40,322 bases of DNA, from the NCBI GenBank assembly GCA_030018915.1, contig JASEHE010000004.1, forward strand, positions 1 to 40,322, in the 5' to 3' direction. Position numbers and translations under genes: made by a program. Within the stretch, counting starts at the first letter, position 1; each line of letters begins with the position of its first letter. Shown here in pieces: positions 19,061-27,800 of this stretch. The notes under the pieces were generated by a model that did not search any database, was not told where the DNA came from, and saw only the letters and a list, made by a program, of their open reading frames with translations. The stretch is from Verrucomicrobiota bacterium. Its GTDB lineage: Bacteria > Verrucomicrobiota > Kiritimatiellia > UBA8416 > SLMC01.

Positions 19061-20089
19061 TCAGCAGATCCGCGGGAGATCCTCGCCCGTGGGCAGCGCC
19101 ACCATCCGCTCGCCGCCCGCGCGGGTTTCCATGACCACGGCGCCGGCGTGCCGGTCGGTCGCCCGGCCGATGACGGCCGCAGCCCGGCCGAGGGCCGTCC
19201 GTTGCAGCTCCCGGAGAACGGCCGCCTCATCTTCCGCCCGGCACACGATCACGGCTTTGCCCTCGTTGGCCACGTTCAGCGGGTCAAGGCCGAGAAGCTG
19301 GCATGCCCCACGCACCTCCCGCCGCGCGGGCAGCGCCTCCTCGCGAATCCGGATCCCGCACGACGACGACTCGGCAATATCCACCAGCGCGGCCGCCACT
19401 CCACCCCGTGTCGGGTCGCGAAGACAGCGCACGCCGGGCACGACATCAAGCAGCGGCCCGATCAGCGACCATAGCGCGGCCACGTCGCTTTCGAGCGCCG
19501 ACTCCAGGCCGAGATTCTCGCGGGCGTTCATGATCGCCATTCCGTGGTCGCCGATCGTCCCGCTGACGATCACGGCGTCGCCGGGCCGGGCGTTCGAGAC
19601 CGAGACGTCCACTCCCGGCTTCCGCGCGCCCAGTCCGGCCGTGTTGATAAAGAGCCCCGGCCGGCCGGCCCGGCCGGGATGCCCGCGCTCCACCACCTTG
19701 GTGTCGCCCGCCGCCACCAGCACGCCGGCTTCCCGGGCAGCCGCGCCGACCGAGCGGATCACCCTGCCCAGGTCCGCCACGGGCAATCCCTCCTCCAGGA
19801 TCAGACCGAGGGTCAGGTAGCGCGGGGCGGCGCCCTGCATGGCCAGGTCGTTGACCGTGCCGCAGACGGAGAGCTTCCCGATGTCGCCGCCCGGGAAGAA
19901 GATCGGCTGAACGACGTAGGAGTCGGTGGTCAGGACCAGGTACTGCTCCGGCACGGTCACGCAGGCGCCGTCGTCCAGCGTGTTGAGCGCGGGATTCCCG
20001 AGTTCGCGGACCATGAGGTCCCGGATCAATTGCCGGGTCAGCAACCCGCCGCCTCCATGCCCCATCAGGATAATCTCTTGAGTCTTCAT
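19061..20089 (-). CDS. hypE: Hydrogenase maturation protein HypE
   Basis: MGHGGGG, TTDSYVV, FPGGDIGKL, GDTKVV, RDPTRGG, ANEGK and C-terminal PRIC. Start placed at MKTQE. Confidence 0.96.
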   Translation of the reverse strand: MKTQEIILMGHGGGGLLTRQLIRDLMVRELGNPALNTLDDGACVTVPEQYLVLTTDSYVVQPIFFPGGDIGKLSVCGTVNDLAMQGAAPRYLTLGLILEEGLPVADLGRVIRSVGAAAREAGVLVAAGDTKVVERGHPGRAGRPGLFINTAGLGARKPGVDVSVSNARPGDAVIVSGTIGDHGMAIMNARENLGLESALESDVAALWSLIGPLLDVVPGVRCLRDPTRGGVAAALVDIAESSSCGIRIREEALPARREVRGACQLLGLDPLNVANEGKAVIVCRAEDEAAVLRELQRTALGRAAAVIGRATDRHAGAVVMETRAGGERMVALPTGEDLPRIC

Positions 20090-21153
20090 TTCGTCCCGTA
20101 CTTGTGCCAGGCGGCGCAGGCGCCCTCGCTGGAGACCATGCAGGGGCCCACGGGCGTGGCCGGCGCGCACGCCCGGGCGAACAATCCGCAGGCGTCGGGC
20201 GACACCTTGCCCATCAGCACCTCGCCGCAGCGACAGCCGCGCGCGTCCGCCGCAGGCGCCTGGGGAATGTCCTTGCCCAGCACTCGTTCGGCGTCGTGCC
20301 GGCCGAACGCCTCGCGAATCCGGCGCCCGCTGCCCGGGATGATCCCCAGTCCGCGCCATTCCGTGTCGCACTTCTCGAACACCTCGCCGCAGACGGCCTG
20401 CGCGCCGGGGTTGCCGTCCCGCGTCACGCTCCGGCGGTACTGCACCTCCACTTCGCCCCGCCGCTCGGCCACCTGGCGCAGCAGCATGACGAGTCCCTCG
20501 GCCATGTCCGCCGCCTCGAAGCCGGCAATGACGCAGGGGACGCGGTGCGCGCGGGCGAGCGGCTCGTAGGCGCCGGCGCCGATGATCACGCTGACGTGGC
20601 CGGGGCACAGGTAGCCGTCCAGGGCGGCCCCGCCGTCGAGCAAGGCGCCCATGGCCTCGGGTATGGTCTTGTGCGCGCAGGCCACCAGGAAGTTGGCGGT
20701 TTGGTCCGCCCGCGCCTGCCGGATCGTCCAGGCCACTGACGGCGCGGTGGTCTCGAAGCCGACGCCCAGGAACACGATACGCGCGGCCGGCCGCGCCTTC
20801 GCCAGTTCCAGCGCGTCGGCCGGGGAGTAGACGACCTCGACCCGCGCGCCCTCCGCCCGGGCGCGTTCGAGCGAGCCGCGCGCGCCGGGCACACGGACCA
20901 TGTCGCCGAACGTGGCCAGGACCACGCCGGGCCGGGCAGCCATGGCCATGGCGCGGTCCACGTAGCCTGTGGGCGTCACGCACACCGGACAGCCGGGCCC
21001 GGAAAGCAACTGGACGCCGGGCGGGAGCAGGGAGCGTAGACCGGAGCGGAAGCCCGTGACAGTGTGCGTTCCGCAGACCTCCATGAACCGCACCGGCCGC
21101 CCGATCCGGCCGGCCAGCCGCCGCATTTCGGCGATGTGTCCCTGGATGCTCAT
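20086..21153 (-). CDS. hypD: Hydrogenase maturation protein HypD
   Basis: MEVCGTHT, GPGCPVC, GFETT, PGHVS and GPCMVSSEGAC. Start placed at MSIQG. Confidence 0.96.
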   Translation of the reverse strand: MSIQGHIAEMRRLAGRIGRPVRFMEVCGTHTVTGFRSGLRSLLPPGVQLLSGPGCPVCVTPTGYVDRAMAMAARPGVVLATFGDMVRVPGARGSLERARAEGARVEVVYSPADALELAKARPAARIVFLGVGFETTAPSVAWTIRQARADQTANFLVACAHKTIPEAMGALLDGGAALDGYLCPGHVSVIIGAGAYEPLARAHRVPCVIAGFEAADMAEGLVMLLRQVAERRGEVEVQYRRSVTRDGNPGAQAVCGEVFEKCDTEWRGLGIIPGSGRRIREAFGRHDAERVLGKDIPQAPAADARGCRCGEVLMGKVSPDACGLFARACAPATPVGPCMVSSEGACAAWHKYGTK

Positions 21154-21380
21154 GGCTGGGCGGGCCCGCCGGCGTTGATCGAGCGCATGATCGCGTCGTA
21201 TTCCCGGACGTCCTCCTCGGACCATTTCTGGATCGCAAAGCCGGCGTGAACCAGCACGTGGTCGCCGAGCCGGGGCTCATGGACAAAGGTCACGTTGCAC
21301 CGGCGTCGGACGCCATCCGCTTCCACAACGGCGTCCTGCCCGGTCAACTCAACGATCTTGGCGGGTACAGCGAGACACAT
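21150..21380 (-). CDS. hypC: Hydrogenase chaperone HypC
   Basis: MCLAVP and VLVHAGFAI motifs. Confidence 0.96.
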   Translation of the reverse strand: MCLAVPAKIVELTGQDAVVEADGVRRRCNVTFVHEPRLGDHVLVHAGFAIQKWSEEDVREYDAIMRSINAGGPAQP

Positions 21381-21383
21381 TCT

Positions 21384-23663
21384 TCAATCCTCGCGCGCCA
21401 GTTCGCGGGCAATCGCCACCTGGCCCAAGCTGATGCAGGCGTCGTTCGGCGGCAGTCGCGCGTGCGAATAGACGCGGAACCCGCGTCCCAGCAGCTCCCG
21501 CGTCAGGCCGCCGAGCAGGCGCGCGTTCTGAAAACAACCGCCCGAGAGCGCCACCCGGTCCAACCGCTCCCGCAGGCGGATGGTTTCGCAGGCGCGCGCG
21601 CAGGCCGCGGCGACGGTCTCGTGGAAACCGGCCGCGATCGCGCCGCGATCCCGGCCGGCCTCGATGTCTTCGGCGATCTCGCGCAGCGCGGGGCCGAAAT
21701 CCAGCGTGTCGCCCGCCATCAGCCATCCGTACGGCGCCGCGGCCGCGACGCCCTCGGCCGCCGCCTCGAGGCGGACCGCCGCCTGGGCCTCGTAGGTAAT
21801 CGCGCCGCACACGCCCAGCATGGCCGACACCACATCAAACAGGCGTCCGGCACTGGAAGTCAAGGGCGATCGCGCGCCCCCTTCCACCATCCGGCGCAGG
21901 GCCGCTCGGAGGTCCGGGCCCAGGCCCGGGAGCAGGCGCGCGATCCGGTCCTCGTCCCCGTTCAGCTCGGTGAGCAGGCAACTGTAGGCCATCCGCTCCG
22001 GATGTTCGGTGGCGGCGTCGCCGCCGGGCATCCGGTAGGGCTTGAAGCGCGCGACCCGCCGGTATGCGCCGCGGCCGGCGGCGAGGAACTCGCCGCCCCA
22101 GAAGGTGCCGTCGTCTCCCATGCCGAAGCCGTCGAGGGCCACGCCGATCACGGAGCCGTCGAGCCCGTGCTCGGCCATGCAGGCCGCGATGTGCGCGTGG
22201 TGATGCTGTACTGCCACGTGGCGCGCGTCCGGGTAACGCCCCGCCTGCCGCGTGGAGACGTAGTCCGGATGCAGGTCGCGCGCGACCAACGCCGGCGTCA
22301 CCCCCAGCAGCCGGCAGAGGTCGGCGACCGCCTCGTGAAAGAACTCCTCGTTCCGCGGGTCCATGAGGTCGCCGACGTGCTGCGACACGAACGCCAGCGT
22401 CCCCCGGCTCACGCAGAACGTGTTCTTGAGGTCCGCCCCGCAGGCCAGGATGGAATCGGCGGCAGGCCCCTCCCCACTCGACTCGCCCCGCAGTGAAATC
22501 CCATCGGGCACGTAGCCACGCGAGCGGCGGATGAACAGCGGGCAACCGTCCGCCACGCGGACCACGGAATCGTCGCAGCGCCGGACGATCGGGCGGTCGT
22601 GCGCGAGGGCGTGGTCCGCGATGGGGCCCAGGATGCGCCGCAACTCCGCTTCGTCCCGCGCGATGGGTTCTTCGGCCCGGTTGCCGCTGGTCATGACCAG
22701 CGGCGCCACCTCCGCGAGCAGCAGGTGGTGAAGCGGCGTGTAGGGCAGAAACGCGCCGACATCGCGCGTATCCGGCGAGAGCAGGCAGGACAGGCCGGAT
22801 TCCGGAATGGTTTTCAGGATGACGATCGGCCGGGCGGCGCTCACCAGCAGCCGCTCCTCTTCCGGCCCTATCCGGCAGTGCTCCCGCGCGTGATCGAGCG
22901 AGCGGAACATGACCGCCAGGGCTTTGTGCGGCCGGCTCTTGCGCTCGCGCAGGAGTTCCACGGCCGCGTCCCGGCAGGCGTCGCAGCACAGGTGATAGCC
23001 GCCCACGCCCTTGACGGCGAGGATGCGGCCTTCGCGGAGAAGCCGGACCGCCTCGCGCAAGGGCTCGCCCGGCAGGCCGGCGCCGGCCGCGTCCAGAAGC
23101 GTCAGCCGCGGGCCGCACACGGGGCAGGCGTCGAGCTGGGCCTCGAACCGGCGGTCGCCGGGCCGGCCGAACTCCCGGCTGCACGCGGGGCACATCCGGA
23201 AGCCGGCCATGGAGGTGCGCTCCCGGTCGTAGGGCAGCTCGCGGGCGACGGTGAAGCGGGGCCCGCAGTCCGTGCAGTTGATGAACGGGTACCGGCGCCG
23301 GCGGTCGTTCGGGTCGGTCAACTCGGCCAGGCAGGCGTCGCAGGTGGCGAGGTCGGGCGGCAGGCCCACGGTCAGATCGCCGGAGCGCTGGCTGGTCAGG
23401 ATTTCGAAGGTTTCGCCGCCTGCGGGCGGCGCGTCCTCGACGGCCAGGTTATCGATGCGCGCCTGGCGGGGCGGGCGCTCGCGCAGGTCGGCGACGAAGC
23501 GCTCGAGAGGTGCGTCTTCCCCTTCCGCCTCGATCACCACGCCCGAGGGCGCGTTGCGGACCCAGCCGGCCAGGCCCCGCGCCACCGCCATCCGGTAGAC
23601 CGTGGGCCGGAACCCCACCCCCTGGACCCGGCCCGACACGCGGATGCGAATTCTCCGTTTCAT
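21384..23663 (-). CDS. hypF: Carbamoyltransferase HypF
   Basis: Acylphosphatase GRVQGVGFRP, Zn fingers (CDAC, CTDCGPR, CPAC, CPVCGP), KGVGGYHL, QHHHAH and SGGCFQN. Confidence 0.96.
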   Translation of the reverse strand: MKRRIRIRVSGRVQGVGFRPTVYRMAVARGLAGWVRNAPSGVVIEAEGEDAPLERFVADLRERPPRQARIDNLAVEDAPPAGGETFEILTSQRSGDLTVGLPPDLATCDACLAELTDPNDRRRRYPFINCTDCGPRFTVARELPYDRERTSMAGFRMCPACSREFGRPGDRRFEAQLDACPVCGPRLTLLDAAGAGLPGEPLREAVRLLREGRILAVKGVGGYHLCCDACRDAAVELLRERKSRPHKALAVMFRSLDHAREHCRIGPEEERLLVSAARPIVILKTIPESGLSCLLSPDTRDVGAFLPYTPLHHLLLAEVAPLVMTSGNRAEEPIARDEAELRRILGPIADHALAHDRPIVRRCDDSVVRVADGCPLFIRRSRGYVPDGISLRGESSGEGPAADSILACGADLKNTFCVSRGTLAFVSQHVGDLMDPRNEEFFHEAVADLCRLLGVTPALVARDLHPDYVSTRQAGRYPDARHVAVQHHHAHIAACMAEHGLDGSVIGVALDGFGMGDDGTFWGGEFLAAGRGAYRRVARFKPYRMPGGDAATEHPERMAYSCLLTELNGDEDRIARLLPGLGPDLRAALRRMVEGGARSPLTSSAGRLFDVVSAMLGVCGAITYEAQAAVRLEAAAEGVAAAAPYGWLMAGDTLDFGPALREIAEDIEAGRDRGAIAAGFHETVAAACARACETIRLRERLDRVALSGGCFQNARLLGGLTRELLGRGFRVYSHARLPPNDACISLGQVAIARELARED

Positions 23664-23675
23664 CGTGGGCGCCGT

Positions 23676-24317
23676 TCACCCTCCGCGACGCATCCACCCC
23701 ACCCATGCGTCCATCCCGGTCCCGCGCAGCGCGGAGACCTGGAACACGGGCAGGGCCGGATTGATCCGGCGGACGAAGCCGAGGCACGCTTCCAGGTCGA
23801 ACGTCAGATGCGGCAGAAGATCCGTCTTGGTCAGCACGAGCGCGCCCGCCTCGCGGAACAGCAGCGGGTACTTCAGCGGCTTGTCCTCGCCCTCGGTCAC
23901 GCTGAGCACGGCCACCTTGGCGTGCTCGCCGATGTCGAACTCGGCCGGGCAGACGAGGTTCCCGACGTTCTCGACCACCACGAGGTCCAGCGCGTCGAGC
24001 GGCAGATCGTTGAGCGCCGCGTGGACGAGCTTGGCCTCCAGATGGCAGGCGCCGCCGGTCAGAAGCTGGCTGACCCGCACGCCCAGGCTGGCGAGCCGCT
24101 CCGCGTCGCGGGTCGTCTCGACGTCGCCCTCCAGCACCGCGAAGCGGGTCGCCGGGCGCAGCCGCTCGGCGCTTTTCTCCAGGAGCAGGGTCTTGCCGCA
24201 GCCCGGGGAGCCGATCAGGTTGATCATGCGCGCGCGCTTCCCTGCCAGGGTCGCGCGAGTCTCCGCCGCCCACTTCGCGTTTTCTCCCATCAAGTCTTTG
24301 TATATCTTGACGTCCAT
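23676..24317 (-). CDS. hypB: Hydrogenase nickel GTPase HypB
   Basis: GSPGCGKT, CHL, ENVGNLVCP, EGEDKPLKYP and TKTD. Start placed at MDVKIY after a GGAG RBS; 24338 is an alternative start. Confidence 0.95.
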   Translation of the reverse strand: MDVKIYKDLMGENAKWAAETRATLAGKRARMINLIGSPGCGKTLLLEKSAERLRPATRFAVLEGDVETTRDAERLASLGVRVSQLLTGGACHLEAKLVHAALNDLPLDALDLVVVENVGNLVCPAEFDIGEHAKVAVLSVTEGEDKPLKYPLLFREAGALVLTKTDLLPHLTFDLEACLGFVRRINPALPVFQVSALRGTGMDAWVGWMRRGG

Positions 24318-24439
24318 CACCTGCTCCTTGCCGAACATGTTCAGAATGGGAAGATCGTCGCGGATTACGCGCCGGCCATATGCGGTGAGCAGACCCTATG
24401 AAGACCTGCCGCGTGCGCCTGATGCTCCGCGCGGGGACC

Positions 24440-24660
24440 GGTTTCGACTTCGACGACGGAATCCAAAACGACAGAAAATTCAGGGCGGTCCAGACCGGCG
24501 GTCCTTCCGGAGGTTGCATCCCGGCCTCGCTCCTCGATCTGTCGATAGACTACAAGCTCCTGACCGAGGCCGGCTCCATCATGGGCTCAGGCGGGATGAT
24601 TGTGATGGACGAGGACACCCGCATGGTTGACGTGGCCCGGTGCTTCCTCGATTTTCCGCG
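24440..24660 (+). pseudogene. Internal fragment of a NuoF/HydB/HoxF-type NADH-binding flavoprotein
   Basis: [16 protein letters not shown]...IDY...[29 protein letters not shown] matches the SLBB region. The N-terminal FMN domain and the downstream ESCGKC Fe-S motif are absent. Confidence 0.85.
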
Positions 24661-24806
24661 CGGCGAAAATGTCCACGTTCACACAGGCGCCGCACTGCCC
24701 AAGATCAGCCCGCATCGGCAGAACGCGCCGTCACCACGCGACCCTCGCGAACAGGCAGCCGGCCCGCGTTCCGCGTTTCCTTGAGCTCCGCGACGCCGTT
24801 CCCTGC

Positions 24807-27800
24807 TCAACGCCAGACGAAGACGGTGGGATATGTATTGGCGAAGCCGTCGCCATAGGTGTTGAAATAGGCGTTCGACGCCGCGTTCAGCCAGCAGGCC
24901 CAGACCCAGTTGGAAGAACGGGCCACTGTCTCGACCCTCGCTTCGTCCATGAAGCCGACGTAGTCGCAGCCGCCGCCGCTGCCCATGCAGGCATCTCCTC
25001 CGATGTCTTTCGGAGCGTAGGCGATGCCCGTCCCCATGGCCACGCCGTCCTCGTAAATGGCGCCCAGTGAGGACGCCCCGTTCAGAACAATGGCCACATG
25101 ATGCCACGCGCCGTCGTTCAGGTTCGTTCCATACGGCGTCCGCCATGTCCCATCGTGGTACCGAATCTGTGTGCCGCTGGTGGTGATGTCCATGATAAGC
25201 GGACCGGTCACAATATAGGTCAGCCGGGCATAGTTCCATGTTGTTGTGGTCTTCAACCAGTAGGAGAAGGTATAGTTCCGATTGCTGTTCGCGCCGCCGG
25301 CGTGCGCAATGCCGGTGATGTTGATGTCCGAGGAACCGTCGATGAAACTCTGTGCTCCGGCGATCTGCCCGGACACGTTCGCGCAACCGGAATTTATCCC
25401 GCCGAACTGGTTGGTAGTGGAGTCCGGAAACCGCGATGCGGCATTTGTGGTATGCAGATGCCACACTGCCAGGTGGCTGCTCGACCACGTTGCGCCATTC
25501 GTCGTGCAGGGCAACACGCTTGTCGCATCGGCATTCCCCCAATACGCCCAGATGTGGCAGTTGTTCGTGAAGATCGGGACCTGGACCCACACGTATGAGT
25601 TTGTGTTCGTGGCCCAGCTTTCGATCTCGTAGTTCAGCGGGTTCGTCGTCGTGGCGTCCGTGAACCGCAGATCGTACCCGTTGGTTGACGCAAACTGGCT
25701 GTACGAAAACCCGGTCAGGCTCGTTTTGAACACCACCAGCGCCGGGAAGTTCGTCAGCGGTTCGGTTCGGTTGTAGTTGGTGAACGAAATCCGCATCCGG
25801 CGCGCCCACTCGGACATGCCCGAATCGTCGTCCGTGATCGTCCCGACGCCGTTTCTGGATATCACGCCGTTCGTCGCCGAGGTCGCATTCAGGTAGAAGA
25901 ACTCGGACGGCCATTCGTTCAACGTGTCCCCAATCGCCGTCACCGTCACCGTCTTGGTCGTCTCGCCCGCGCTACAGAGGACGAGCCCGTTCGCGGCTGT
26001 ATAGTCGGTCCCGGCGACGGCGGTCCCGTCCGCCGTCGCGTAGACAACCCACACGTTCGTCGCGCTCTGCGCCGACAGGGTTAGAGCGAACGTCAAGTTT
26101 GTCGTGCCGCTGTTCCCTTCCGTGACCGTCGCGTCGCCGATCGTCACGTTCGGCGCCGGCGTCGTGAAGTTCGTGGTGGAATCCGCCCAGTCGATGTGCC
26201 AATCGTTGGTCACGTAACAGCGGTAGTAATACGTCTTGTTCGCCCACAGATTGCTCACCGCGATCGAAAATGCGCCTTCGCTCCGGGGCCCCAGGTTGTT
26301 CGTGTTGCCCCACGACGCCTGATTCGTCCCGCCGTCCGCGTCTCCCCAGAACACATACACCGTGCCCGTGTAGCCGTAAACGAAGTTGCCGTTCAGCGTG
26401 GCGTTCGTGGCCGTCACGCTCGTCGCGCCGGTGTTGGTGATCTGCGGGTCTTCGCTGTACAGCGTTATCGTCGCGCTATTCGGCTGCCGCGCCTCCGCCG
26501 CCACGACACTGGCAATCCGCACCGTCACGGTCTCCGCCGATTCCAAGTCCGAATCGTCTATTCCCGTCAGCACGATCGTTCCGGCCGGGTTTCCGGCCGC
26601 AATCGTGATGCTCGTGGCCGACATCGCGTAGTCCACATTCGACGACGCCGTGCCCTCGAACGAGAAGTTCACCGTCACATTGGACACGGCGGTCACGTCC
26701 AGCCGCGCCGTTACCGTCACGGTCCCGCCGGGCTCCATGAAACTGGACGCGTTCGCGTTCAGCCGCAGCAGCGCCGGCAGCGTAGCGAAGTTCGTGGTGT
26801 CGTTCGCCCAGTCAAAGCCGTACTCGTTCGTGGCGTAACAGCGGTAGTAGTAGGTCCCGCCCGCCAGCACCGTGACCGTTGTCGAGACCCAGCCGGCTTT
26901 CGCGGAGCCGACCGCGCTCGTGTTGGCCCACGAGCCCGGTGTTTCCACGCCGTCGCTCAGCCCCCAGTAGAACGTCACATCCGCCGGCCCGCAGGCGAGA
27001 TACCCGTTGAGCGTCGCTGCGGTCTGCGAGATGCTCGTGGCCATGCGGTTGCTGATCGCCGGCGCGCCGCTGGATCGGAAACTCTTCGCCGGATTGCCCC
27101 AGTCCTCGCCGGTGGAATTGGTTACATAGCAACGATAGTAGTACAGCGTGTTGGAAATCAAGCCGGTGATATTCGTTTCGAACGTCGCCCAGGCGCCGTA
27201 GCCGTTGCCGAGCGACTCCGTGTGCTCCCAACTCCCGGTTCCGGCCGTGCCGTAGTCATTTGTGCCCCAGCACACAAACACGTCCGGATTCGTCCCGCCC
27301 GTGTTCAATATCTCGCCGCGCATGGTCGCGTTGCTCCAGGTGATGCCGGTCGCCGCGAGGTTGCGCACCCGCAGAAGCGACTCCACGGTGGAATAGGAGT
27401 TGAACCACGAATTCGACGCCATGTTCCGGCATTCCGCCCATATCCAGTTCGTGGAGCGTCGGCACCACGAAATGCGCGCCTCGTCTATCAACCCGTCAAA
27501 CTTATACGCTGGGTACCCGGCGCCGCCGCCGCCGAGATAAAGATCCTTGCCGTCCGTGCCGGCCGCAGCCGTAGCGATCGTGGCCGCGTTGGTCCCGTCC
27601 ACAAAGAAAATGCCGTTCGTGCCTTGCCGGGTATAGGCCACGTACTTCCATTCCCAGTCGGGTATGGCCAGCGTACTCAGTTGCCACCCTGCACTATCCC
27701 TGAAACTCAGCGTGTTGTTCACGTTGTCGCGCAAGCCAAATACGAATCCGAGTCCGAGGTTGCAGTAGGTGCCCATAAAGATTTCCCAGTCCGCAAGGGC

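Noticed and set aside
11603-21286. Apparent N-terminal extensions or fusions of the delta subunit (555 aa), gamma subunit (400 aa) and HypE (741 aa)
   Set aside because: The extensions are off-frame overlaps of upstream genes. The true starts have RBSs or stop-start overlaps at 12370, 13215 and 20089.
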